A stretch of DNA of 64,000 nucleotides from Hyaloraphidium curvatum SAG 235-1. Its lineage: Eukaryota > Fungi > Monoblepharomycota. Below are positions 21,263 through 31,469 of this stretch, piece by piece. The position numbers were made by a program, and so were the translations under genes. The notes under the pieces are model-generated. The model was given only the letters and a program-made list of their open reading frames with translations. It made no database searches and had not been told where the DNA came from. The DNA lies in the NCBI GenBank assembly GCA_025558095.1, contig JAIVFI010000030.1, forward strand, positions 434,001-498,000. Direction: 5' to 3'. Every line of letters begins with the position of its first letter. Position 1 is the stretch's first letter.

Positions 21263-23396
21263 ATGCTGGACCGCCTGCCGCCCGAAATCGCGCTGCACGT
21301 TCTTTCCTTCCTGCCCACGCCGGACGTGTACTTTTGCCGGCTGCTGTGCCGCGCGGCGCACGCGATGGCGTCGCCGCTGTTCCGCGAGCGGATGGCGGCG
21401 CTGGCGGCCGAGCTCGACTCGGCCGCATTTGCCGGCGTGCTGCTCGCTGTCCGCGACTCGGCGGCCCGCGGCGGCGGCGACTGCCTCGGCCCCGAGGCCG
21501 CCGGGCGCTTCCTGGCCGACGCGTGCGGCACCCGCGCCGACGGCCTCTTCTTCGCCGAGGTCTCGCGGCGGGCCGCGCCGCACGCCGCCGCCCGCGGGGC
21601 GCTTCTCCGCGGCGCCGGCGTGCGCCCCGCTGTGCTGAGAGCGTTCGTCGACGCCGGCGGGCTGCTGCTCGGCTGGCCGCGCCGCGAGGACGCCTGCGAC
21701 TTCCTGCTCGCCACCGGCCTGCCGAAACCCGTGCTGTGCGACGTCGTCATGAAGCTGCAGTCGGCGTCGTTCGAGGACAAGTGGACCACCGTGCCGCTGC
21801 TCCAGGGGTGGTGGACGCAGGCCCACGTGCCCGAGGAGCCGGTCCCAGAGCCGTCGTTCCGCGCCGGGCTTGCCTACTTCTTCGAGACCGCAGGCGTTGT
21901 CAACTGCGGCGCCGTCGGAGAGATCACCTACCGCTGGGCCAACGGCTCGCTGCCCGCCGTGGTCAACATGTGCCCGTGGTCGTGGCACCACCGCGGCCTC
22001 ATCGTAGGCTCCTTCGCCGTCACCGCAAGCGACATGGGCGAGGGCGAGGTGTGCGACACGATCGCATTCTTCCTCCGGCGCTACTTTGGCGAGTCGCAGG
22101 CGGGCATGGCCGTGGGGCCGGAGGACCGCCGTGCCTTCTTGCAGGGCTGCTGCGCCTCCCTCGCCAACGAGGGCTACGAAAACACCTTTGTCCAGTGCAT
22201 TTTCTTTTCCGACGATCTATGGCCTGCGGACATGGCCCAGCAGGCGTCCGACTACCTCGGCCAGGAGGAAGCGACGCCCGAGCTGCTGGGCGCGGCCCTG
22301 AAGGACGCCCGGGGGATCGACCAGCAGCGCATCGTCGCCTTCTTCGCGCAGCACCCGCTTTCTTCGCAGGACTACGCCGACGCCGTCGCGATGCCGGACG
22401 TCACGACGGCGGACCCGGCACGCTGCGCCGCGGTGCTGGCCGCCGCCGGGCTCGACCTCCGCGGGCTGGCGCGCGTCGCCGCCTCCGGGTTCAAGTCGAT
22501 CGAGGGCGACGGGAACTGGTTCCCGGCCGACCTCTCGGCCTCGGACATGGGCGAGATCGTCGCCTGGATTGCCGTGGACCAGGGCGACGCGCGCGCCGAC
22601 TACGCCGCCCTCATGGCCCGCGCCGCGCACCACCTCCTCACCTCCAAGCTCGCCTCCATCGAATCCCGCTCCCGAGGCGCCGTACCCCCACTCTCCATCG
22701 ACTCCCGCCGCGCAGAGGACCTGGCAGCCCTGTGCGCCTTCTCGTCCTCGTTCCTCCGCGCGCAGGAGGGCCGCCTCCCCTCGCGCGACCTGCGCTTCGC
22801 CCACCTCGGCGCCGTCCTCTCCTCCGCGCCCGTCCTGTCGGGCGGAACCGCGCGCTCCGTCGTCGCGGGCATCTCGCGCTCCTTCCACCTGTTCGGCGAC
22901 GTGCGCTCGCTCCTCGTCGGGTTCGCAGTCGGCGGTGGCCCCCTGCCCGCGTTGGGGCTGCTGACCGCCCCCGCGTGGACCTGGGCCTTCGAAAGCGCCG
23001 GCTTCCCGCCCTGCATGGCGCTCGAACCGCACCCGACCATCCGCAGGGCCGACATGTCGGCGGCGATGAAGCCGTTCGAGCGGCAGGCTTTGCTGGCGTC
23101 GCTGTGGGACCGCCTCCCCCTCGTGTGCCCCGGCACCGACGCCGTCCTGTGCGGCGTCGACGCGCGCGCGCGGCAGCGCACGGGGGAGGAGATGGAGTCG
23201 ATCGCGGGCGGCGTGGCGATGGCCGCGGGGGTGGGCAGGGCGCAGGCGCTGGCGGCGCTGGCGGTGAGTCCTTGTTTCCGCGGGGCGGGATGTCGATGGG
23301 CTGACACGTCGGGGGCAGGCGAACGACGGGGATTTCGGGGACGCGGTGCAGGCGCTGGCGATGGGGCCGAGGGACGCGATGGAGTGGGAGTGCTAG
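21263..23396 (+). CDS. F-box protein with a helical body and a C-terminal UBA-like domain; 2 exons
   Basis: F-box MLDRLPPEIALHVLSFLPTPDVYFCRLLCR. Intron 23264-23318 (gtgagt...ctgac...cag) gives the end GVGRAQALAALAANDGDFGDAVQAL...EC*. The 1018-aa ORF in the track reads through this intron. Confidence 0.8.
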
Positions 23397-23642
23397 GCGG
23401 GTGCGGGAAGGGGGTGTTTGGACGCGCGGGGGAGAATGCAATAGGAACAGTCTGCGAGAGCTTAGATGGGGAGGAAATAGGCCGGTGCCTGTTGCAGCGT
23501 TGGATGGCAATTAATCGTCGTGGAACAAAGGCTCCGCATCGGTCGTCGTCGTTCTCGACGGGCTTGCCGTGCGTGACTCATCTCCCGTGGACGTGGAGAC
23601 GCCTCCGCCCCTCGACTACCCGAGTTCCGCTCCCCGACAAGT

Positions 23643-24315
23643 CTAGTCGAGATCAGGTTCCACCGCGAATGGATCCGCCTGATCGCCGGGTCCGGGAGCG
23701 GGTTTGGCCTTGTTGTTCTCGCGGCTCAGGGAGACGATCTTGTGCTCGGCCCAGTGCACTCGCTGGCAGGCCGCGGAGCAGTAATTGGCGGCCTTGCAGC
23801 GGGAGCATCTCTGCAGCCGCTTCTCCTCGGTCGTGCAGCGGCCGCAGCCGTAGCATCGTAGTAGAGGCCCTTCCAGTCGGTCGCCTCCGAGGCTTCACCG
23901 TCCGACTCCTTGGCGCTGCGGCGGACCATCCGCTGGGCCGCAGCGTGACACGCCGATCCCGGCAAAGAGCACACAGGCCAGTAGCGGAAGATGGCGACGG
24001 CGTCCACGTCCTTGTCGCGCGCGACGCTGTCCAGCGTTTCTTTTGTCGGTGTCGACGATGGCGGCGGCAAGCACGACCCAGAGCGCCTGGGAGAAACCGC
24101 ATTCGACGCACTGGAACGGCTTCGAGAACAGCAGGCTTTTGGCGGAGGAGTTGGTGTGGCGTCGATGAACGCCGCCGAGGACCGGAGCTCCTGGTTCCGC
24201 AGCGTCATGTCCTCGGGCACGGTGCGCTCCTCCCAGAGTCCGCCGGTCCCGGCGTCGAGTATCATGATGCGGCAGCGCACCCGGAGGGCGTCGGGAAGTG
24301 GCAGTACATCTCGCC
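23643..24315 (-). pseudogene. MYND zinc-finger protein pseudogene
   Basis: RCYGCGRC..RLQRCSRCKAANYCSAACQRVHWAEHKIVS (last Cys lost). Upstream CVECG and PVC motifs sit in other frames (frameshifts). No clear start. Confidence 0.7.
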
Positions 24316-24319
24316 CTAG

Positions 24320-25290
24320 GGAAGGTACGCCGGCAACGTCGTCCGCAAGGAGGACGGCGCCAACTTTGTCGTCTTTCTTGGCCTGCTCCGAAACAAGCTC
24401 ACCGCAGCGGGCTTGTCCGCCGTGAGGCTGACGGCCGCTGTTACAGCGGCCCCGGAAAAGATGTCTGCGCTCCCTGTCGAGGCAATGACCCCGCTGATCG
24501 ACGAGTGGCGGCTCATGACGTACGATTTCGCCTCTTCGGTGCGTTTCCCGTTCGCGGCGCTGCAATTGTTCCACTGATCTTCGCCGCCTTTTGCGCCTCT
24601 GGCGACTCCGCAGGCCTGGGGCCCCTGCAAGGCCACGCACCAGACCAACCTGTTCCCGGCGTCCCACACCCCATACTCCGTCGCGGGCGCCGTCGACGCC
24701 TACGTCGCCCGCGGCGTGCCCCCCGGCAAGATCCTCATCGGCGCCGCGCTCTGCTCCCGCGGGTTCGCCAACACCGCCGGCCTCGGCCAGCCCAGCTCGG
24801 GCGTAACCTCCCGGCACTCGTGGGAGCCCGGCGTGACGGACTACAAGGCGCTCCCCGTCGCGGGCGCGGCGGAGCATTTCGACGAGCAGTGCGGGGCGGG
24901 TTACTGCTACGACCCCGGGGCCCGGGAGCTCTTCTCGTACGACACTCCGCGGAGCGCGGCGTTTGCGGCAGGAAGACCCCACGCTCTCGGCCCCGGACCG
25001 GCGTGGCTTTCCAATCCCGCCCCTGGTCCTCCACCCCCTGCTGCAGCCCACCCAACCGCGATCGCTCCCCAACCGCCTGCGCCCGCCCCAGCACCGGTCC
25101 CGGCAACCCCGATCCCGGCGCCGGCGCCCGCCGGGCCCCAGATCCCCGTCGGACTTCCGCCGGGCTCCGCGCTGGCGTGGTCTTGAGCGGGCGTCGCGTA
25201 CGCCGCCGGTGCGAAGGTGTCGTGCGGCGGCGCGGTCTACGAGCGCCTCAATACGCACAGGTCGTAGGAGGATTGAACACCGGGCGCCGC
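24320..25290 (+). pseudogene. GH18 chitinase pseudogene with a CBM5/12-like chitin-binding domain
   Basis: DGANFVVFLGLLR, LMTYDF, GVPPGKILIG, WEPGVTDYK and SYDTP, then a Pro linker, then W.*AGVAYAAGAKVSCGGAVYE with stops. The DxDxE-bearing N-terminal half is absent. Confidence 0.8.
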
Positions 25291-25632
25291 GGTGTCGCTG
25301 TGGAGGGCCGCAGGGTGACATGAAGCCCGTTGCTCGTACGAAGACCTTTTGTCATCCATCTTCTTGATTCGGATGTCGCATTAGGGTCAACGGCTTCGCA
25401 GCCACTTGTGCACGACGGGTCGCGCGTCCCAGGGCCGCGAACATGATCCGAGTCCCCATCTTGCAGACCGCTTCATGGCTACCGCGCCGGCTACGTGCCC
25501 GATCGCACCAAACGAGATACCGGGGGCACACATTCGAAGGGTGGCTGAAGTGGGAGGCAACCATTGTTCAGCCATGTTCCCGATAGAAGCTTCCTCGATT
25601 CCAGGATCGCGACGTGCGGCACACATCGCAAG

Positions 25633-26649
25633 ATGCCTCCACCAGAGCTCCTGACCGTGCGCGGGTGGTACGTCGACAGCTCCAGGTGGTCGCACTACAC
25701 GCCGGCGGCCGGCGACGTGGTCGTGGCGACGCACGGCAAGGTGGCGCCCGCCGCACGCGCGTCCACCTCCCCCATCCTGATCCCCGCGCAGTGTGGCACC
25801 ACGTGGACGCAGCGCATTGTCGATCTACTGCTGGCCGGCGACCCCGCGCCGCGCAGCATCCACGGCGGCGCGCCGTGGCTGGATTTGCGGATCCGTCCCC
25901 TGCACGGGGTGCTGGCCGCGATCGCCGCCCAGCCGGGACGCAAGCACATCAAGTCGCACCTCTCGGCCGACGCGCTGCCGATCCACGACGGTGTGCTGTA
26001 CATCAACTGCCAGCGCGACGGCCGCGACGCGGCAATGTCGGCGCACAACCACATTAAGTCCTACAAGCCTGCCATGCTGGAGAACATCGACGCCGCAGGC
26101 CTGTCGGACCCGCTCATAAGGGCGCCGTACCCACGGGAGGCGCAGGATCCGGCAGAATTTTTTTCGGGGTGGGTCGAGGACATGGACGCGGTCCCGGAAG
26201 TCAAGGAGCCTGGCATCGCAGTGGTGAAGGGCACCCCTTCGTACCTGCACATCGCCAGGACGTGGTGGGAGCTCCGGGACAGGCCTAACGTGCTCCTTCT
26301 CCACTACAATGACCTCAAGGCGGACCTCGACGGGGAGATGCGGCGGATCGGCCGTTTCCTGGGCGTCGCAATCGACGAGGACGTCTGGCCGTCGCTCGTG
26401 GAGGCGGCCCGCTTCGAGTCCATGAAGAGGGACGCCGAGCTGCTGTCGCCCGGAGCGGACGCCGTCTTCGAAGGCGGCGCGGCCACGTTCTTCCACAAGG
26501 GTACCAACGGCCGCTGGAAGGGGGTCGTCCGCGAGAGCGACCTGGCCGAGTACGACAGGAAGCTCGCGACGCTGGATCCGGTGCTGAGGGAGTGGCTGAC
26601 CAAGGGCCGCCTCGCCTCCGGTGTTTCCGTGGGGAAGGACGGGCCGTGA
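25633..26649 (+). CDS. PAPS-dependent sulfotransferase (Sulfotransfer_1), bacterial-like
   Basis: Removing the 51-nt in-frame intron 25741-25791 restores ATHGKCGTTW (5'-PSB loop). Also KSHL, RDGRDAAMS (3'-PB), LHYNDLKADL and FFHKGTNGRW. Confidence 0.9.
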   Translation: MPPPELLTVRGWYVDSSRWSHYTPAAGDVVVATHGKVAPAARASTSPILIPAQCGTTWTQRIVDLLLAGDPAPRSIHGGAPWLDLRIRPLHGVLAAIAAQPGRKHIKSHLSADALPIHDGVLYINCQRDGRDAAMSAHNHIKSYKPAMLENIDAAGLSDPLIRAPYPREAQDPAEFFSGWVEDMDAVPEVKEPGIAVVKGTPSYLHIARTWWELRDRPNVLLLHYNDLKADLDGEMRRIGRFLGVAIDEDVWPSLVEAARFESMKRDAELLSPGADAVFEGGAATFFHKGTNGRWKGVVRESDLAEYDRKLATLDPVLREWLTKGRLASGVSVGKDGP

Positions 26650-27071
26650 GCGACTGGATTCGGGGCAGTTTGAACTTTGCTTACTGTAGCAGTGCATTAC
26701 CCTGATCTTTGTGAATCAACCTGTACAGGAATGTCTGGATTGCGGGAATGAGAAACGGTGGCTCTGTTAGTACGCCGAGAGATGCAGCTAATTCGTGGTA
26801 CGATGGGTCGGATTCTGTCACGGAGCGCCGCCGCCGCCGAGAGACCGAGACCGGGTCTGCCAAGGCGACGGTACGTGGAGAGTTTGCGGTCCTCTCATCG
26901 GGCTTGCCCGGGGTCTGCGCCTGCTTAATGGCGCGGCGAGGACGTCCGCCTTCGTCACCGGGGACCGCAGCTCGTGCTCCGAAAATGCGCGTGACTTTTC
27001 GGAACGGCGCGGATCTTCTTGGACAAAGGCGAAAGCTCACCCTTCAAAAGGCTAATGTTAGATCCTGTCCT

Positions 27072-27258
27072 AGGCACCTAATGACCAAACATCACCCAAT
27101 TTACCACCGCTCTTCGGCGCCTTTCCTATCCGCTGCGCGATCTCGTTGCCCGGGGCCTGCGCCTGCTTAATGGCGCGGCCTCGTTCACCTTTAGGGTACG
27201 CTGTTCCAGCGTACGTGGACGAGCGGCTACTGCACGATCTCGTCCCTGTCGGCCACGG
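27072..27258 (-). pseudogene. Remnant of the 3' end of the 29382-31346 F-box gene, with an internal insertion
   Basis: ggcacctaatgaccaaacatcacc...ctcttcggcgcct...gatct.gtccctgtcggccacgg matches 29354-29443. Confidence 0.7.
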
Positions 27259-27362
27259 GTGTCGCCGCCGCGATGAACTTAGTACAATTATTCGTCTCAT
27301 TAAGGAACGCGCAAGAGCCGTAGTCTTGGGGACGCGATATCTGCCCACACACATGCTCACGC

Positions 27363-28901
27363 TCAGGCACCGCGCGGCGGACACACGAGATCCCCGGCCA
27401 ACACCACCCCCAGGTTCCTGAGCACGCTCCAAAGCCCGATCCCCAGCGTCACCGCCGTCACCAGCAGCGTGCGCACGGTGCCGAAGGTTACCACAAACCC
27501 TAGGAACCTAGCGCGGTATCGGTCCGCGTCGGTGAACCCTGCCAGCACGTCCACGTCGGCCTCGATTGCGGCAAGGAGCGCCGGGTCCGCGGGTTCTGCA
27601 GCCGGGGCGGAGGTCAGCTCGCGCCGGAGGGAGGCGAGTTCGGATGCGGCGTCGAGGTACAGAGCGCGGATGTCGGAGACGAGGTCGTTGGAGGCGGCGA
27701 CGTGCACGAGGTCGGTCAGCAGGTGGGCGACGAGGATGTACCCGAGGTAGCCCAGGTAGAGCGCGGGGAGGCATCCACCGACGGCCATGCTGACCAGGGC
27801 GAAAATGACGGCGGTGGATACAGGTATGATCATGGGGGAAGTCGTGCTGTACCCCCGGATGCGGTTGCGCCAGGTGCGCGACAGCAGGCTGTGCAAGTCC
27901 ATGTAACCCGCGCGCTCCCGCCGCGCGGAGCCGGGCCAGGCGGCAATCTTAGCGTCCGCAGCCTCGCGGTACCGCTGCACCATCGGGGTGAGGGCGAGCT
28001 TCATGGCGCGACGGGTCACGCGGCGTGAGAGCTGCAAGAGGGGGAGGTTCGTCGAGAAGCGCCCAAAGGCCAGCGGGACACCGAGTGCAAGAGCCAGGAG
28101 CATGTACAGCGCTATGAGGAAGGCCGACCAGGGGGTGGCCCAGATCCGGGGCGACATGGGGGGGAAGATGGCCAAGGCCGCGATGGTCAGTACGAGGTAA
28201 AGCAGAAAAATGACGAGCTTGTACGAGGCCTCCCCAAAGCGTGCGACGCCGGCCAACCACGGAAGACGGCCTGCACACGACACCGCGGGGCACGGGCAGA
28301 GGTCGTCCTTGGGGTCGTGCTTCAGCAGCGCGACCTCCTCGCCATTGGCACCGGCGCCGCCACGGGACACAAGCTGCAACCAGCGTGCCATCCCCGCGGC
28401 GCCGTGCGTCGAGACGTCGCCTGCGGCTGACTGCCGATCCTGCGTACTGCCGCCCGCGACGGCAAAGCTGCTCCGGTAGGCCGCGAACAGCGCCAGGCCA
28501 AGCGTTCCGGCGAACACGAGGAGTAGGTATCCAACGAGTCCCACGACCAGCTGCGCCGTGCCGTAGTATCCGTCCTCGAAGACGCAGAACGCGGGCACGG
28601 GGATAACGTTTGCCATGAACTGCACCGTGAACCGCACGAGCGGCCTTCGCGTCGGCTGCAGGGCGGCCTGGAGCCGCACGGCCGCGGCCATCGCGGGTGC
28701 CTTCGGTTCCAGCGCCGCGATAAGCACGCGCAAATCGAGCGGGGACTCTCTCCGGGCGTCCGCCGCAGGGTCCGGAGCCGCGCCGAGGCCGAGCTCGGTC
28801 GCGCCGCCGAAGACCCCGGGCGGCGCGGGGAGGACCGCGAGCCATTCCGCGCCTTGGAGGAAGAACGGCCGCGGCGCCACGTCGGTCTTGTCCTCCTCCA
28901 T
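27363..28901 (-). CDS. 7-TM membrane protein, putative 7TMIC family, paralogue 3
   Basis: ATG 28901; seven hydrophobic segments. Motifs LLKHDPKDDLCPCPAVSCAG, VAASN and RARFLGFVVTFGTVRTLLVTAVTLGIGLWSVLR, plus a terminal DLVCP. Confidence 0.78.
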   Translation of the reverse strand: MEEDKTDVAPRPFFLQGAEWLAVLPAPPGVFGGATELGLGAAPDPAADARRESPLDLRVLIAALEPKAPAMAAAVRLQAALQPTRRPLVRFTVQFMANVIPVPAFCVFEDGYYGTAQLVVGLVGYLLLVFAGTLGLALFAAYRSSFAVAGGSTQDRQSAAGDVSTHGAAGMARWLQLVSRGGAGANGEEVALLKHDPKDDLCPCPAVSCAGRLPWLAGVARFGEASYKLVIFLLYLVLTIAALAIFPPMSPRIWATPWSAFLIALYMLLALALGVPLAFGRFSTNLPLLQLSRRVTRRAMKLALTPMVQRYREAADAKIAAWPGSARRERAGYMDLHSLLSRTWRNRIRGYSTTSPMIIPVSTAVIFALVSMAVGGCLPALYLGYLGYILVAHLLTDLVHVAASNDLVSDIRALYLDAASELASLRRELTSAPAAEPADPALLAAIEADVDVLAGFTDADRYRARFLGFVVTFGTVRTLLVTAVTLGIGLWSVLRNLGVVLAGDLVCPPRGA

Positions 28902-29381
28902 GGTCGCCCTGCGCGACGGAAGTGGGGGGCAAACCGATCGTCCAACGCGATCGCGTCTGCGACCCCCACGCATGTAGCACCCATCACGTTTTTGGCAGCG
29001 AACGCAAAGAGCGTCGGGAACAGCTCAGAGGAACACATTGCGGTCCGTGGGGTGCCGAGAAAACCGGTAGTTTGAGCGCGGCTTGTTTTCGACCGGAGGC
29101 GCCGCCGACAGGTTTGGCGGAGCGTAGACTGAGGAACGACGTCAGAGCGCAGCCAATCCCATTGACGCCTGCGTACTTAGTCAATGCCCTTGCTGGGAAA
29201 GGGCAGGGGATGGAAGTTGCTGTGGCTTGGAGCGAAGCGGCCACAAGCTGGCCGCAAGCGCACACACCGTACGGCTGCCCCGGCGTTGTGGTCTTTTCGC
29301 GCTAAGAAGCTCAATCTCTCTAAGAACGGACTCACAGACGGACTCACAGACGAGGCACCTAATGACCAAACATCACCGAAT

Positions 29382-31346
29382 CTACCACCTGCTCTTCGGC
29401 GCCTCCCCCGTCTGTTGTGCGATCTTGTCCCTGTCGGCCACGGAGCACAGCAGAGTCACATTGGGCGCATCGAGCAGCTCTATCTTGTCCCAGAGCCCTG
29501 CGAGGAGCGTCCGCCTGTGCGCCGGACCCATCCGCGCTGCCATGTCAGCGCCCATGATGTCGGGATGGTCCAACAGAGCCGCAGAGACGGGTTCGGAAGT
29601 CGGGGCAGCCCAAGTCCAGGAGATGGCGTCCGGGAGGGCGGAGATGGGGAGGATTTTGCTGCCCAGGGCGTGGCCAAAGACGAAGGAACGGACGTCGCCA
29701 TAAAGTTCGAAGCTGGCTGCAATTGCGGAGACAACCCTGCACACCGTGCGCAGCGAGAAGGTCTCGCGGTACGAGGCAAGCACACCAAGGAGGGCGAAGC
29801 AGGTATTGCGGTGGTACAGCGGCACCAGTGTGCGCAGGAAGGAGGACGCGAGGGCTGCAAGAGCCCCCGCCCGCTCCACGTACGTCTTGATCATGCGCTG
29901 AGGGTTCTTTTCGAACCGTCCCTCGAGCTCCGAAAGCTTCCACGTGACGAGGTGGTTCACGGCGTTGCCGAAGCGCTCGCGGAAGACGCTGTCAGAGCAG
30001 CTGGGGAGCTGATCATGCGCGACCCAAGCAAGCATTTCCCCGATCTCCGACGCGGAAAAACTGGATTCCGTTCCGTATCGCTTCTTTGGGAACCAATCCA
30101 TCGAAACTGCGGGGGTCCCGAGGAGGGCGACAAAGTTCGCGAGATCGCGGACGTCAAAGTCTACGCCGCCGATGAGCGCAGCGAAGCGCTCCTTTTGCTC
30201 TGCAATGCCATAGTCACTTATGGCCGTCAAGTAGTCGCGGCATGGAAGCGGATGGGCACGGAAAAAGCGGGCGACCCTAGAGATGTCGACAACCCGGTCA
30301 TTGAGCATCACGTTGACGAGAAGATCCTTGGTGGCCGCGTCTCGTGCTAGAAAATCGAGAGCCTGGAGACCCGCGGTCGTCGGCCAAAGCTCATCTACGA
30401 AAAAGAGATCTGCTGGGTCGTCGAGATCTTCGTCAAGAAGCCCGCGCCGCAACCCGGAAAAGAACGATTTGCGATCCGTCTCGGCGACTGCCTGTCCGGC
30501 CGGCGTTTCGACAAAGAACCGGCGGAGGAAGGTCGCGATCGTCTCGTCTGGATCTTCGTCTGCCGTATCGTTGGCCGCATTGGCATATTCCGCAACGATT
30601 CGGCCTCGGTCCGACCACTTCCAGGGGCAAAGATTCACCACCGCCGGAAGAGAGCCGTTCTCCCACTGGTAAACCAGGGACCCGATCGCCTCCGCGTAAA
30701 GGTGAGGATCATCCAAGTTTTCGAAGAAGAACCTCAATCCTTCGCGCACTTCCGGCCCCGGCTCCGGGTCCTCAGGCACCCAGTTTGGCGTCCACCAACC
30801 CTGGAGCAGAGCAATCGCGTTCCATTTCTCCGCAAAAGACGGCGAATCGAGGTCCAAAAGAACGCGACACAAGTCCGAGCGCGGTAGGCCCGTGGCGAGA
30901 AGGAACATGACCGAATCCTCCGAGCGGCCCCACACCCGGGAAAGCAACCTCTCCGAGTCCACGATGGCGCGAAGCACGCCCGGCCGCACGCGGGCCCCAA
31001 AGAACAGCAATCCGCGCTCCTCGGGAGTGGGTGCAACGCGGCGAGCAACCTCGACGCAGAAGAGGGAATCCGCCTTGGCCCCGCAGAGCACCAGGAGCCG
31101 CCCCACCGCGTCCGGTTCAAGGCAGAGGCGCCCGAGACGCGCCTGCCCGGTGCTTCGGATACGACGTATCACGTCTGCAAACTTGACTGATTCGTAGTTC
31201 TCGAACAGAGGGCGAAGGCGAGCCGCGAAGTCTGGCGACGCCAACGCCCTCAGCTGCCGGCAAAGGTACCGGCAGAAGTATAGGTCCTCGGCAGACAGGT
31301 GCGAGACCACATGGAGCAGCACTTCCGGAAGCAGACGGTCCAGCAT
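29382..31346 (-). CDS. F-box protein, paralogue of 21263-23396
   Basis: MLDRLLPEVLLHVVSHLSAEDLYFCRYLCR. Shared blocks FLLATGLP, LLQGWW, W.NGSLPAVVN.CPW and SAS..GE. Ends before the full UBA-like tail. Confidence 0.85.
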   Translation of the reverse strand: MLDRLLPEVLLHVVSHLSAEDLYFCRYLCRQLRALASPDFAARLRPLFENYESVKFADVIRRIRSTGQARLGRLCLEPDAVGRLLVLCGAKADSLFCVEVARRVAPTPEERGLLFFGARVRPGVLRAIVDSERLLSRVWGRSEDSVMFLLATGLPRSDLCRVLLDLDSPSFAEKWNAIALLQGWWTPNWVPEDPEPGPEVREGLRFFFENLDDPHLYAEAIGSLVYQWENGSLPAVVNLCPWKWSDRGRIVAEYANAANDTADEDPDETIATFLRRFFVETPAGQAVAETDRKSFFSGLRRGLLDEDLDDPADLFFVDELWPTTAGLQALDFLARDAATKDLLVNVMLNDRVVDISRVARFFRAHPLPCRDYLTAISDYGIAEQKERFAALIGGVDFDVRDLANFVALLGTPAVSMDWFPKKRYGTESSFSASEIGEMLAWVAHDQLPSCSDSVFRERFGNAVNHLVTWKLSELEGRFEKNPQRMIKTYVERAGALAALASSFLRTLVPLYHRNTCFALLGVLASYRETFSLRTVCRVVSAIAASFELYGDVRSFVFGHALGSKILPISALPDAISWTWAAPTSEPVSAALLDHPDIMGADMAARMGPAHRRTLLAGLWDKIELLDAPNVTLLCSVADRDKIAQQTGEAPKSRW

Positions 31347-31469
31347 TGCGGTTGCTTGGTGGAGGGACGTCGGCACGCGAGTGCGGTGTGAGGGTCTCTG
31401 ACGCGGGCTTCGTCGTCATCCGCGACGGTTCCTCCATTTCATGAATGCGACTGCACGATGTACATCAGC

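Noticed and set aside
23397-24319. C-terminal extension of the 1018-aa ORF 21263-24319
   Set aside because: Read-through of a canonical intron at 23264-23318; the spliced gene stops at 23396 and the extension is antisense to the MYND pseudogene.
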